A stretch of DNA of 64,000 nt from Candidatus Marinacidobacterium sp. (GCA_965204755.1 OZ242011.1:1024001-1088000), one strand, 5' to 3'; shown: positions 45,649-56,089, counted from the first letter of the stretch. Program-made: numbers and translations. Notes: generated by a model from the letters alone, not told the origin.

Positions 45649-46730
45649 AGGCCCGGCGGATGGCGCCCGACGCGCTGCTCTTCGCCGGGACGCTGGCGCT
45701 GCTCCTCTTCGGGCTGGTGATGCTCTACAGCGCCTCCGCCATCGTCGCCGACGCCAACGCCCGCAGCCCCTTCTTCTTCCTCTCCCGGCAGGCGGTCTGG
45801 GCGGCGCTCGGCTTCGCCGCGATGATGGTCCTCGCCCGGGTGGACTACCGGGTGCTGAACCGGCCCCCGGTGGCCTGGTGCGTCCTCGGCGCGGCGCTCC
45901 TCGCCCTCACCGCGGCGCTGCTGTCGCCGCCGATCGCCGGGACGCACCGCTGGGTCCGCCTCTTCGGCTTCGCCTTCCAGCCCTCGGAGCCGGCGAAACT
46001 CGCCCTCTCGGTGGCGCTCGCCCACCTGATGGCCACCCGCGCCCCGGACACCCTCCGCGGGCTGGCGCTGCCGCTCGGGGTAACCGCCCTGCTCGCGGGG
46101 CTGATCTTCAGCCAGCCGGACCTGGGGACGGCGACCTTCCTGACCCTGATCGGGGCGGCGATGCTCTTCGTCGGCGGCGCCCGGTTCCTCCACCTCGGCG
46201 CGCTCGCCGCCGCCGGCGCCCCGCTCTTCGCCGCCGCGGTCCTCACCGCCGAGTACCGGCTGGCGCGGGTCCTCACCTTCCTCGACCCCTTCGGCGACCC
46301 GCTGGGCGACGGCTTCCAGTTGAGCCAGTCGCTGATCGCGCTGGGCGCCGGCGGCGTCTCCGGCGTCGGGTTCAGCGCCGGCCGCCAGAAACTGCTCTAC
46401 CTGCCGGAGCCCCACTCCGACTTCATCTTCTCGGTGATCGGCGAGGAACTGGGGCTGGTGGGCGCGGCGGCGGTGCTCGCCGGGTTCTTCCTGTTCGCGG
46501 TGCGGGGCCTCCTCGTTTCCTCGCGGGCCGCCGACCGCTTCGGGATGCTGCTGGGCGTCGGCGCGACGCTCACCATCAGCGCCCAGGCCTTCCTGAACAT
46601 CAGCGTGGCCATCGGGCTGGTCCCGACGACCGGGCTGCCGCTCCCCTTCGTCTCCGCCGGAGGCAGTTCGCTGCTCACCACCATGATGGCGGCGGGCCTG
46701 CTGCTCTCCGTCTCCCAGCGCGCCCCGTGA
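45645..46730 (+). CDS. ftsW: SEDS glycosyltransferase FtsW
   Basis: Motifs GLVMLYSAS, RW, QPSE, QPDLG, LPEPHSDFIF, GEELG, LPFVSAGGSS. Confidence 0.93.
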   Translation: MKARRMAPDALLFAGTLALLLFGLVMLYSASAIVADANARSPFFFLSRQAVWAALGFAAMMVLARVDYRVLNRPPVAWCVLGAALLALTAALLSPPIAGTHRWVRLFGFAFQPSEPAKLALSVALAHLMATRAPDTLRGLALPLGVTALLAGLIFSQPDLGTATFLTLIGAAMLFVGGARFLHLGALAAAGAPLFAAAVLTAEYRLARVLTFLDPFGDPLGDGFQLSQSLIALGAGGVSGVGFSAGRQKLLYLPEPHSDFIFSVIGEELGLVGAAAVLAGFFLFAVRGLLVSSRAADRFGMLLGVGATLTISAQAFLNISVAIGLVPTTGLPLPFVSAGGSSLLTTMMAAGLLLSVSQRAP

Positions 46731-47890
46731 CCGTCGAGCGCAACGGCGCCGCCCCGCCGCGGCTCCTCGTCGCCGCCTCCGGCAGCGGCGGGCACATCTA
46801 CCCGGGGCTGGCCGTCGCCCGCGCCTTCGCCGAACTCCCCGCCGACCCGGACGGCGGCGCCGGAAGACCGGTCGTCCGCTTCCTCGGCGACCCCCGCGGC
46901 CTCGAAACCCGGCTGGTCCCGGCGCACGGCTTCTCGCTCGACCTGGTGGAGACCCCGCCCATCCGGGGGCGGTCGCCGGTCGGCCTCGCCCTCGCCGCCG
47001 CCAAGTTGCCCGGCGCCCTCCTCCGGATGGCGCGCCTCCTCCGCGACTTCCACCCGGACGCGGTCTTCGGCACCGGCGGCGCGGTCTCCGGGGCGGCGGC
47101 GCTCGCCGCCCGGCTGGTGGGCGTCCCTTCGCTGATCCTCGAGCCGAACGCCGAGCCGGGCCTCGCCACCCGGTGGAGCGCCCCGGTGGCCACCGAGATC
47201 GCCGTCGGGTTCGAGGAGTCCGAGCGCCACTTCCCCGGCCGGCGGGTCTTCCACTCCGGGATCCCGGTGAGGTCGGACTTCCTCGGCCTCCCGCTGCCGG
47301 AGGAGCGGAACGGCGACCCGCTGGCGGTGCTGATCACCGGCGGCAGCCAGGGCGCCTCCCGGCTGAACCGCACGGTGGTCGAAGCCCTCCCGGAACTCGC
47401 CGGGGAGGCCGCCCGGCTGACCCTGACCCACCAGACCGGGCCGGCGGACCTCCTCGCGGTGCGGGGCGCCTACGAACGGGCCGGCCTCGGCGCGACGGTG
47501 GTGCCCTACTTGGAGGACATGCCGGCGGCGGTCCGGGCCGCCGGGCTGGTGGTCGCCCGGGGCGGGGCGATCACCTGCGCGGAACTCGCCGCCGCCGGGC
47601 GTCCGTCGGTCATCGTCCCGGCCCCGGTGGCCGGCGCCCACCAGCAGGGGAACGCCCGGACGATGGAGCGCGCCGGCGCGGCGGCCACCCTCCCCGACGG
47701 CGCTCCCGGCCGGGACTTCGCCTCGCTGCTGCTGGCCCTCCGCGGCGACCGGACGCGGCGGCGGCGGATGGCGGAAGCCGCCCGGCGCCTCGCGCCCCCC
47801 GGCGGCGCCGGCGAAGACGCCGCCTCCCGCCTCGCCCGCCGGCTGGCCGACCTCGCCGCCGAATCCGGAGCGAAGGGCGGCGCCGGATGA
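46727..47890 (+). CDS. murG: GlcNAc transferase MurG
   Basis: Motifs GSGGHIYP, EPN..PG, G.PVR, GGSQGA, HQTG, ELAAAG.P, HQ..NA. Confidence 0.92.
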   Translation: MTVERNGAAPPRLLVAASGSGGHIYPGLAVARAFAELPADPDGGAGRPVVRFLGDPRGLETRLVPAHGFSLDLVETPPIRGRSPVGLALAAAKLPGALLRMARLLRDFHPDAVFGTGGAVSGAAALAARLVGVPSLILEPNAEPGLATRWSAPVATEIAVGFEESERHFPGRRVFHSGIPVRSDFLGLPLPEERNGDPLAVLITGGSQGASRLNRTVVEALPELAGEAARLTLTHQTGPADLLAVRGAYERAGLGATVVPYLEDMPAAVRAAGLVVARGGAITCAELAAAGRPSVIVPAPVAGAHQQGNARTMERAGAAATLPDGAPGRDFASLLLALRGDRTRRRRMAEAARRLAPPGGAGEDAASRLARRLADLAAESGAKGGAG

Positions 47891-49355
47891 CCGAGAACGC
47901 CCTCCGCCGCGGGGACTCCGCCGGCCGCCGGCCGGGCGCGGCGGGGCGCGCCGCCCCCCGGACCGGCAGCGATCTCCTGTTCTCGAACCGCATCCGGGTG
48001 CACTTCGTGGGCATCGGCGGCGTGGGCATGAACGGCATCGCCGAAGTCCTGCTCAGCCTCGGCTACCCGGTGACCGGCTCCGACCTCCAGTTCGGGGAGA
48101 GCGCCCGCCGCCTCTCCGAGCGGGGCGCGGTGGTGTTCGAAGGCCACGCCGCCCGCCACCTGGGCCGCGCCGATGTGGTGGTCGCCTCCTCGGCGGTGGG
48201 CGCGGACAACCCGGAGGTCGAGGAAGCGCGGCGGCGGGGCCTCCCGATCATCCCCCGGGCGGAGATGCTCGCCGAACTCATGCGGATGAAGTTCGCGGTG
48301 GCGGTCGCCGGCTCGCACGGCAAGACGACCACCACTTCGATGACCGCGGTGCTGCTCGACCACGCCGGGCTCGACCCCACGGTGGTCATCGGCGGGCGGG
48401 TGGCGGCCATCGGCGGCGGCGCCCGGGTGGGGGACTCGGACATCCTGGTGGCCGAGGCGGACGAGTCCGACCGCACCTTCCTCGACCTGATGCCGGTGGT
48501 GGCGGTGGTCACCGGGATAGACCGGGAGCACCTCGACGCCTACTCGGGGATGGACGACCTGCGCGAGTCCTTCCTCCACTTCGTGAACATGACCCCGTTC
48601 TACGGGTTCTCGGTGCTCTGCCTCGACGACCCGAATGTGCGGGCGCTCCTGCCGCGGGTCCGCCGCCGGACGGTCACCTACGGGCTCACCGGGGAGCCGG
48701 ACATCTCCGCCTCGGAGATCGAGATCGGCCCGGACGGGTCGCGGTACCGGCTGCGGCTCCGCGGCGGCGACGCCGGGGAGGTGCGGCTCCAGAAGCCGGG
48801 GCGGACCTCGGTGCTGAACAGTCTGGCCGCCGCCGCGGTGGGCCTGGAGTTCGGGGTCGGCGCCCGGGAGGTCCGCGAGGGGCTCGCCGCCTTCGCCGGG
48901 GTGGACCGCCGGTTCCAACTGCGGGGCGAGGCGCGCGGCGTCCGGGTGGTGGACGACTACGCCCACCATCCGAGCGAGATCCGGGCGACCCTCGAAGCGG
49001 CCGGCGAGGCCTGGTCGGCGCCGACCACCGCGGTCTTCCAGCCGCACCGCTACAGCCGGGTGCGCGACCTCCTCGAGGAGTTCGGCGGGGCCTTCGCCGC
49101 AGCCGACCGGGTGGTGGTCTCGGACATCTACGCCGCCGGGGAGGCCCCGATCCCCGGCGTCACCGGCGAGCGGCTCGCCGACGCGGTGCGCGCCGCCGGC
49201 CACCCGGCGGTGGAGTTCATCGGGGCGCTGGAGGACATCCCGCCGCAGATCGCCCCCCGGCTCGAACCGGGGAAGTGGTGCTCACCCTCGGCGCCGGCAG
49301 CGTCACCCGGCTCCCCGACCTCCTCCTGGAGGCCCTTCGTGCACGCGCCGACTGA
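47887..49355 (+). CDS. murC: UDP-MurNAc-L-Ala ligase with a 1-nt frameshift near the 3' end
   Basis: Motifs HFVGIGGVGM, GSHGKTTT, EADESD, DDYAHHP, FQPHRYSR; the canonical tail EVVLTLGAGSV...TGA (49353-49355) is out of frame after GGGG at 49269-49272. Confidence 0.9.
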
Positions 49356-49485
49356 ACCGCGCCGGCTCCGCCTGCGGATGCGGCGGGGCGGCGCCTCGGC
49401 CCGGCCGGCGCCGCAGCCGGAGGCCGCGGCCCACCCCCTCCCGCCGGAGGCGGAGCGGCTCGCCCGGCGCGGCGGCCGGCCGGCG

Positions 49486-50421
49486 ATGCGCTACGGCCCC
49501 CGCCTCCTGAACCCGGAGGGCGGCCGGCGCCGGGTCTCCGGCGGGGCCCGGTTCGCGCTCCGGGCGGGGATCGGCTCGCTGGGGCTGGCGTTCTTCGTCG
49601 GCGTCTTCACCGGCCGCCGCCTCTCCGGGGTGGAGGACTCGCTGTTCTCGGTGGAGTTCCGGGGCCCGGGGCGGGTGGACGCCGACGCCTCCGCGCTCCG
49701 CGCCGGCTTCTTCGCCGACCCGGAGGGCATCCGCCGCCGGCTCGGCGAGCGCCTCGGCCCGGCGGCCGCGGCGGCCGTCGGACGGGTGGAAGTGCTCCGC
49801 ACCCCGGAGGGCGGGGTGGAAGTGGTCGTCGAGGAGAAGCGCGCCGCCGCGATCCTGCTCGCCGGCGGGCTGTCGGACGGGCCGGCCGACGGGCCGGCCG
49901 ACGGCGAGGGCGCGGGAACGCCGCCGCAAGGCCCGGGCGGAGGCCCGCCGCTCGCCATCGCCGGGGACGGCGCCCTCCTCGGCCCGGCGACGGCCGCCGA
50001 CCTGGACTGGGCCGGCGCCGCCGACCTCCCCGTCGTCCGGGGCGCCGACCCCGCGGCCCCGGACTTCGCGGAGCGGGCGGCGACCGCCGGCCGCCTCGCC
50101 GCCGCGCTCGCCGGGGAGCCGGCGCTCGACGCCCGGGTCTCCGAACTGGGCGTCGCCCGCGCGCCGGCGCTGGTCGAGGTGCTCCTCCGCGACCCGCCGG
50201 GTCTCACCGTCCTCGCCGCCGCCGAGCCGGACGCCGCCGGCTCCGGTTCGCCCGGCTTCGCCGCCTCGCTCCGCGCCGCGGCGGCCGTCGCGCCCGACCT
50301 CCTCGAGCGATGGCCGGACCTCACCCGGATCGACGCCCGGATCCCCGACCGGCTGCTGCTGCGGCGCGGCGGCCCGCCCCCTCCTCCCACCCCCGCCCCG
50401 GAGGGCGACCAGAACCGATGA
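49486..50421 (+). CDS. ftsQ: Divergent FtsQ/DivIB-like cell division protein (start approximate)
   Basis: Single TM segment, V.V.R..P..V.V.V.E POTRA-like end, C-terminal RIDARIPDRLLL; lies immediately before ftsA. Confidence 0.65.
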   Translation: MRYGPRLLNPEGGRRRVSGGARFALRAGIGSLGLAFFVGVFTGRRLSGVEDSLFSVEFRGPGRVDADASALRAGFFADPEGIRRRLGERLGPAAAAAVGRVEVLRTPEGGVEVVVEEKRAAAILLAGGLSDGPADGPADGEGAGTPPQGPGGGPPLAIAGDGALLGPATAADLDWAGAADLPVVRGADPAAPDFAERAATAGRLAAALAGEPALDARVSELGVARAPALVEVLLRDPPGLTVLAAAEPDAAGSGSPGFAASLRAAAAVAPDLLERWPDLTRIDARIPDRLLLRRGGPPPPPTPAPEGDQNR

Positions 50422-51701
50422 ACCAGCCCAAGGAACTCATCTGCGGACTCGATATCGGGTCGGATTCCATCCGGGCGGTCCTGGCCCGGACGCCGGTCGC
50501 CCCGCCGCCGGACGCCGCCGAAGGCCCCGACCCCCTCGAAGTGCTGGCCATCGGGCAGGCGCCGGTGCAGAACTCCGTCCAGCACGGCGAGATCGTGAAC
50601 CCGGAGGGGGCGACCGCCGCGGTCCGCGCCGCGGTGGAGGAGATGGAGCAGGCCGCCGGGGTCGAAGTCGGGGAGGCGCTGGTCTCGGTGGGCTGCCGCA
50701 GCCGCCGGACGATCAACTCCTCCGGCTCGGTCACCGTCCGGGACCCCGGCCGGCCGATCACCCGCGGCGATGTCCTGCGGGCGGTGGAGATGGCGATCCC
50801 CCGGCGGGACGGCGCCGGCTGGCTGCAGCCGCCCTTCGTGCTGCTCCACGCCCTGCCCCAGGAGTTCTGGGTGGACGACCTCGACGCCACCACCGACCCC
50901 ACCGGCTGGACCGGGACGAACATCCAGTCCTTCGTCCACCTGGTCTCCTGCCGCCAGTGCAGCCTCGACCGGCTGGAGCAGGCGGTGAACCGCGCCGGGA
51001 TCACCGTGGAGTCGCTGGTGCTCGCGCCGCTGGCCGCCGGGGAAGCCGCCCTCCACCCGGAGGAGCGCGACCGGGGCGTCGCGCTGCTCGACATCGGCTC
51101 GATGACCACGGACATCGCCGTCTTCCGGCACAAGTCGCTCTGGCACTCCGATGTGATGCCGAGCGGCGGCCGCGCCTACACCCGCGACGCCGAACTCGGG
51201 CTCCCCGCCCCGCACGCCGCCGCCGAGGACGCGAAGCGCCGCTACGGCGCGGCCCTCGTGGACTCGGTGGAGGAGGACGAGCACTTCCCGCTCCGCACCC
51301 GGAACGGCGCCCCGCCGGAACTCCACTCCCGGCGGCTGCTCGCCAACATCCTCCAGTTGCGGGCGGAGAGCGACCTCACCCGCATCCGGGAGGAGGTGCA
51401 CCGCGTCCTCCAGGAGCGGACGCCGGCGCAGGTCGTCCTCACCGGCGGCGGGGCCGACCTCGACGGCGTCGCGGAAGTCGCCCGGCTGGTGTTCGGCGGC
51501 GAGGCGGAGAGCCGGGGCCCGATCGGCGTCCTCGGCCTCCGCGACCTGGCCGGCCACGCCCGGTTCAGCGCCTCGGTGGGGCTTTGCCGCTACGGCCTGA
51601 AACAGCGCCGCCGCGCCGCCAGCGAACGCGCCGCGACCGCGCCGTTCCAGCAGATGCTCAGTTCGGTCGGCGGCCGCCTCCGCCGCGCCCTCGGCCGATG
51701 A
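50418..51701 (+). CDS. ftsA: Cell division protein FtsA
   Basis: Motifs GLDIGS, LHALPQEF.VD, LLDIGSMTT, AEDAKRRYG, VLTGGGA; C-terminal amphipathic helix. Confidence 0.92.
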   Translation: MNQPKELICGLDIGSDSIRAVLARTPVAPPPDAAEGPDPLEVLAIGQAPVQNSVQHGEIVNPEGATAAVRAAVEEMEQAAGVEVGEALVSVGCRSRRTINSSGSVTVRDPGRPITRGDVLRAVEMAIPRRDGAGWLQPPFVLLHALPQEFWVDDLDATTDPTGWTGTNIQSFVHLVSCRQCSLDRLEQAVNRAGITVESLVLAPLAAGEAALHPEERDRGVALLDIGSMTTDIAVFRHKSLWHSDVMPSGGRAYTRDAELGLPAPHAAAEDAKRRYGAALVDSVEEDEHFPLRTRNGAPPELHSRRLLANILQLRAESDLTRIREEVHRVLQERTPAQVVLTGGGADLDGVAEVARLVFGGEAESRGPIGVLGLRDLAGHARFSASVGLCRYGLKQRRRAASERAATAPFQQMLSSVGGRLRRALGR

Positions 51702-51816
51702 CCGGGCGCTTCCCGGCCCCGCCGCCGGCGATCCGCGCGCCGCGCGCCTTCCTTCCCCCTCCCGGCGGCCCGACCGCCGCCGGCCCCCTCCCGCTTCCGT
51801 TCCAGGAGAGACCCGC

Positions 51817-54051
51817 ATGATCTTCTTCGCCGACGAACCGTCCGACGATCAGGCTCCCGCCTCGACCCCGACCCCCGCCGCCGCTCCGCCGGCGGCGGAC
51901 GCGGCGCCGGCCGCGGCGCCGGCGCCCGTCGGGGCGCTCCCGACGGAAGCCCCCGCTCCCGCCGGCGCCTCCGGCCTCTTCGCCGGCGGCTCGACCGAGC
52001 CGGCGGCCGCGGCCGCCCCGGCGCCCGCCGCCCCGGTCGCCGCCGCCCCGGTCGCTGCCGCCTCGGTCGCTGCCGCCCCGGTCGCCGCGGCTCCGGCGGC
52101 CCCCGCGGCCGGCGCGATCTCGGAGGCTTTCCCGGCCCCGACTCCGATCGCGCCGCCGGCGGCGCCCGCCGCGCCGGCGCGCCTGTCGCCGGTCGCCACG
52201 CCGGCGCCGGGAGTCCGGCCGGCGTCGGCGAACGGCGCCGCCCCCGAAAGCGAGCCGGCGCTCGCCGCGCCCCCGCCGGTTGCGCCGATTCCCCCGGCTG
52301 CGCCGACGCCACCGGTCGCACCGATTCCCCCGGCTGCGCCGACGCCGTTGGCTCCGCCGAAGCCGCCGGCCGCGCCGACGCCGACCGTCGGGTTCGCCCC
52401 GCCCCCGGCCCGCCCCGCGCCGATCCCGGTCGAGACTGCGCCCGTCGAGCCCGCCCCGGTCGAGACTGCGCCCGTCGAGTCCGTCCCGGTCGGGACTCCG
52501 CCCGTCGGGCCCGTCCCGGTCGAGACTCCGCCCGTCGGGCCCGAAACGGCCCCGGCCGCCGCGCCGGAGGAGACGCCCGCCGACGCCCCGGCGGCGAACG
52601 GTGCGGCGGCGCTTCCCGTCCACCCCGGCGAAGAGGCCCTCCCGACCGGCTCCGGCGCGGTCATCAAGGTGATCGGCGTCGGCGGCGGCGGCGGCAACGC
52701 CGTGAACCGGATGATCGAGGCCGGGGTGCGCGGGGTGGAGTTCATCGCCGCGAACACCGACCTCCAGGTGCTCGAGCGCTCCCTCGCCCCGGTGAAGATC
52801 CCGCTCGGGGTGGACCGCACCGGCGGCCTCGGCTGCGGGGGCGACCCGGAGATCGGCCGGGCGGCGGCCCGCGACGACATGGACACCCTGATCACCGCGC
52901 TCCGGGGCGCGGACATGGTGTTCCTCACCGTCGGCGAAGGCGGCGGCACCGGCACCGGCGCCGCCCCGGTGGTCGCCTGCGTGGCCCAGGAGATCCAGGC
53001 GCTCGGCGTCGCGGTCGCCACCCGGCCGCTCGCGGTCGAGGGCCGCCGCCGCCGGGAGACCGCCGACGACGGCATCCGGGAACTCCGCGAGTATGTGGAC
53101 ACCCTGATCTCCGTCCCGAACGACCGGGTGGTCGAGGTCTTCGGCGACCAGCCGATCCGCAGCGCCTTCCGCGAGGCGGACGATGTCGTCCGCCAGGCGG
53201 TCCAGGGCATCTCCGACCTGATCCAGACCCCCGGCGAGATCAACCTCGACTTCGCCGATGTCCGCACGGCGATGCGCGCCCGCGGCGACGCGGTGATGGG
53301 CATCGGGGTCGCCTCCGGCGAGCACCGGGTCGAGGAGGCCACCCGCGCCGCCATCAGTTCCCCGCTGCTCGAGGACACCTCGATCCGGGGCGCGAGCAGC
53401 ATCATCCTGAATGTGAGCGGCGGCGACAGCCTCACCCTGAACGAGGTCCAGCGCGCCGCCGAGGTGGTGCGCGACGCCGTCCTCCCGGACGGCCCGGCCC
53501 TCCGCGCCGCCGCCGCTTCGGAACCGGGCGACTACATCCTGCTCGGCACCGCCCTCGACCCGTCCCTCGACGAGGCCGAGAGCGGCCCCGCCATCCGGGT
53601 GACGGTCGTCGCCACCGGCTTCCCGGAGCGCAGCCGCGCCGGCGCGACCCCGCAGGACTTCTTCGCCTACACCCGCCGCGCCGTGGCCGACCCGGCCGCG
53701 GTCGGCGCCCCGACCGGCGCCCCGTCCGGCAACCCGTCCGGCATCCCGTCCGGCGCGAACGGCCACGCCCCGGCCGCGGAGGGCGCGGGCGCGGCGGCGG
53801 AGCGGACGAACGGCGCCCCGGTCGAGCCCCCGGCCCCGGTGGCCTTCCCCACCCCGGCGCGGGCCGCCGGAGGCCGCCCCAACGGCGGTGACCGGCCCCG
53901 GCCGGCGGAGCGTCCCTACCCGCCGGAGGAAGCCTCCCCCCCGACCCCGACCCCGGACGCCCCGCCGACCTTCGACGCCGCCGCCGCCGGGGACGAGCGC
54001 TGGGGCGACCTGGACACCCCGGCGTGGTCCCAACACCCGAACAACCGGTAA
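51817..54051 (+). CDS. ftsZ: Cell division protein FtsZ with very long Pro/Ala-rich N-terminal region
   Basis: Motifs IKVIGVGGGGGNAVNRM, ANTD, GGGTGTG, PND, INLDFADV, VTVVATGF; tail DLDTPAW; AGGAG before ATG 51817. Confidence 0.93.
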   Translation: MIFFADEPSDDQAPASTPTPAAAPPAADAAPAAAPAPVGALPTEAPAPAGASGLFAGGSTEPAAAAAPAPAAPVAAAPVAAASVAAAPVAAAPAAPAAGAISEAFPAPTPIAPPAAPAAPARLSPVATPAPGVRPASANGAAPESEPALAAPPPVAPIPPAAPTPPVAPIPPAAPTPLAPPKPPAAPTPTVGFAPPPARPAPIPVETAPVEPAPVETAPVESVPVGTPPVGPVPVETPPVGPETAPAAAPEETPADAPAANGAAALPVHPGEEALPTGSGAVIKVIGVGGGGGNAVNRMIEAGVRGVEFIAANTDLQVLERSLAPVKIPLGVDRTGGLGCGGDPEIGRAAARDDMDTLITALRGADMVFLTVGEGGGTGTGAAPVVACVAQEIQALGVAVATRPLAVEGRRRRETADDGIRELREYVDTLISVPNDRVVEVFGDQPIRSAFREADDVVRQAVQGISDLIQTPGEINLDFADVRTAMRARGDAVMGIGVASGEHRVEEATRAAISSPLLEDTSIRGASSIILNVSGGDSLTLNEVQRAAEVVRDAVLPDGPALRAAAASEPGDYILLGTALDPSLDEAESGPAIRVTVVATGFPERSRAGATPQDFFAYTRRAVADPAAVGAPTGAPSGNPSGIPSGANGHAPAAEGAGAAAERTNGAPVEPPAPVAFPTPARAAGGRPNGGDRPRPAERPYPPEEASPPTPTPDAPPTFDAAAAGDERWGDLDTPAWSQHPNNR

Positions 54052-55043
54052 CCCCCTCTCCTCCGGACGACGCCCCCGACCGCCCCCGCGCCGCGCCCGC
54101 CGCCCCGCCGCCGGGCGCCGGCGCGCCGCCGCCGGGAGCGTTCGTCCCCCGCCCGCTGCGAGCGCCGCCGGAACCGGGCGACGACCCCGGCCCCCGCCCC
54201 GAAGTCCCGGCGTTCCACTTCCCGGCGTTCCACTTCCCGGCCTTCCCCCCTCCCCACGCCTTCACCGGCCGCGCCCCGCCGGACCCCGCCGGGGCCGACC
54301 CGCCCCTCGGCGACCGAGACCGCGAAGCCGCCGACCGCCTCCTCCTCCGCCGCCTCCTCGGCGCGAAGCGCCTCCACGCGATGCGCCAAGTCCACGGCGC
54401 GACCGTCGTCGTGGCCGGATCCCCGAACGACCCCCCCCACCGACCCGACGACCGGGGCGGCGACGCCGCTCCGACCTGCGACGCGCTCATCACCGCCCGC
54501 CCCGGCGAAGCGGCCGCCGTCAAGACCGCCGACTGCATCCCCCTCCTCCTCCACGACGACCGAACCGGCGCCGCCGCCGCCGTCCACGCCGGCTGGCGCG
54601 GCGCCGCCGCCCGCGTAGTAGATCGCGCCGTCGCCGCCTTCGCCGAAACCACCGGCTCCCCCCCGACCTCCTTCCACGCCGCCATCGGCCCCGCCATCGG
54701 CCCCTGCTGCTTCGAAGTCGGCCCGGAAGTCCTCACCGCCTTCGCCGCAGCCGGCCGCAACCCCGACGACATCCGCCGCCCGCCGCCGCCGCGCTCCCGG
54801 TCGTCCCGGTCGCCCCGGTCGTCCCGGTCCGCCTACCTGCCCCGCCCCCACCTCGACCTCCCCCTCGACACCCGCCTCCGCCTCCTCGCCGCCGGCCTCG
54901 CCGAATCCCGCATCCACCAAGCCGCCCGCTGCACCCGCTGCGACCCCGCCTTCCACTCCCACCGCCGCTCCGCCCCCCACGCCGGCCGCAACTGGAGCGT
55001 GATCTTGGCAACTCCCGACCTCACCCGCGCGACCACCAACTGA
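54024..55043 (+). CDS. pgeF: PgeF/YfiH family peptidoglycan-editing / purine nucleoside phosphorylase protein (start approximate)
   Basis: Motifs QVHG, TADCIPLL, VHAGWRG, IGPAIGPCCFEVG, CT.C...F.S.RR; follows ftsZ. Confidence 0.88.
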   Translation: MVPTPEQPVTPSPPDDAPDRPRAAPAAPPPGAGAPPPGAFVPRPLRAPPEPGDDPGPRPEVPAFHFPAFHFPAFPPPHAFTGRAPPDPAGADPPLGDRDREAADRLLLRRLLGAKRLHAMRQVHGATVVVAGSPNDPPHRPDDRGGDAAPTCDALITARPGEAAAVKTADCIPLLLHDDRTGAAAAVHAGWRGAAARVVDRAVAAFAETTGSPPTSFHAAIGPAIGPCCFEVGPEVLTAFAAAGRNPDDIRRPPPPRSRSSRSPRSSRSAYLPRPHLDLPLDTRLRLLAAGLAESRIHQAARCTRCDPAFHSHRRSAPHAGRNWSVILATPDLTRATTN

Positions 55044-55096
55044 ACCGCCTGCTCCGACCCTTCCGGCGGAGCGCTCGACCGGCGGCCTCCGCCCCG

Positions 55097-56089
55097 TCAG
55101 TCCTCCATCTCGATGCCGCACACCTCGGCGATCCGCCGGGCCAGTGCGGCGAAGTCCCGCCGACACCCGGCGACAGCGGCGGCGTGTCCACCGATCGCAC
55201 CGTCGGCGGCCCGGAGCGCAAACATCGGCTTGCGCGCTTCCTGGGCGAGCGGCATCAGGCTGCGGTAGTGCTTGAGCGCGGCCAAGCAATGCGGGTCGCC
55301 GGCGAGATCCACTCCCTCTGAGGTCTCTTCGAAAGCGACTTCCTTGCCGTACACCGCGGGAATACGCGCCATCCACCGGCCATACGCCTTCACCGGACGA
55401 TCCAACCGTACGGCGTGCTGGAGAACGACATAGCCTGCAGGACGCATTCTCCCCTCCGGCAATTCGAGATCGGCGACCGGATTGCGCTCGCGCCGCTCTC
55501 GCCACTCCCGTTGCCAAGTGCGCAGCGTGGGTCCGAGGTTGCGAAGCCCCTGAAACGAATAGAGGTCCGGCGCGAGCGGCACGACAACATGATCTGCTGC
55601 GATAAGCGCGGCTCGATTGAACGCCCCCAAGTTGGGCCCGACATCGAGCAAGACGACCTGCGCTTCCATGCCCTGTGCGCCCACGCGCAGGATCCGCGAG
55701 AGCGCGGACAGCACTCGAAACGCACGCTCGCCGCCATCGAGGCACCGCGGCCACTGGTTCGACAACTCGTCTTCAGCCCTCGCCAACTGCAGATCGCCGA
55801 CGACGAGACCGAGTCCGAGGTCGGGCGCTTCGACATGTGGAGCAGCCACGTCCCCGGTTCCCTCGAGCAACGGGCGGAAGGCGCCGTACACGGTCCGACG
55901 GGAGTGGTCCCCGTCCCAGAGACTCTCCAGCCGTTCCTCGTCGAGGAACATCCCGGTCAGGTTGGACTGCGGGTCGAGGTCGGCAGCGAGCGCGTTCACG
56001 CCCAGTTCCGCATACATCCACGCCAAGTGGTACACCAGCGAAGTCTTGCCGACGCCGCCCTTGTTGTTGAAGAACGCGATCGTCGTCAT
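55097..56089 (-). CDS. ParA/Soj-family ATPase
   Basis: Motifs FFNNKGGVGKT, DLDPQSNLT, LLDVGPNLG. Confidence 0.9.
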   Translation of the reverse strand: MTTIAFFNNKGGVGKTSLVYHLAWMYAELGVNALAADLDPQSNLTGMFLDEERLESLWDGDHSRRTVYGAFRPLLEGTGDVAAPHVEAPDLGLGLVVGDLQLARAEDELSNQWPRCLDGGERAFRVLSALSRILRVGAQGMEAQVVLLDVGPNLGAFNRAALIAADHVVVPLAPDLYSFQGLRNLGPTLRTWQREWRERRERNPVADLELPEGRMRPAGYVVLQHAVRLDRPVKAYGRWMARIPAVYGKEVAFEETSEGVDLAGDPHCLAALKHYRSLMPLAQEARKPMFALRAADGAIGGHAAAVAGCRRDFAALARRIAEVCGIEMED

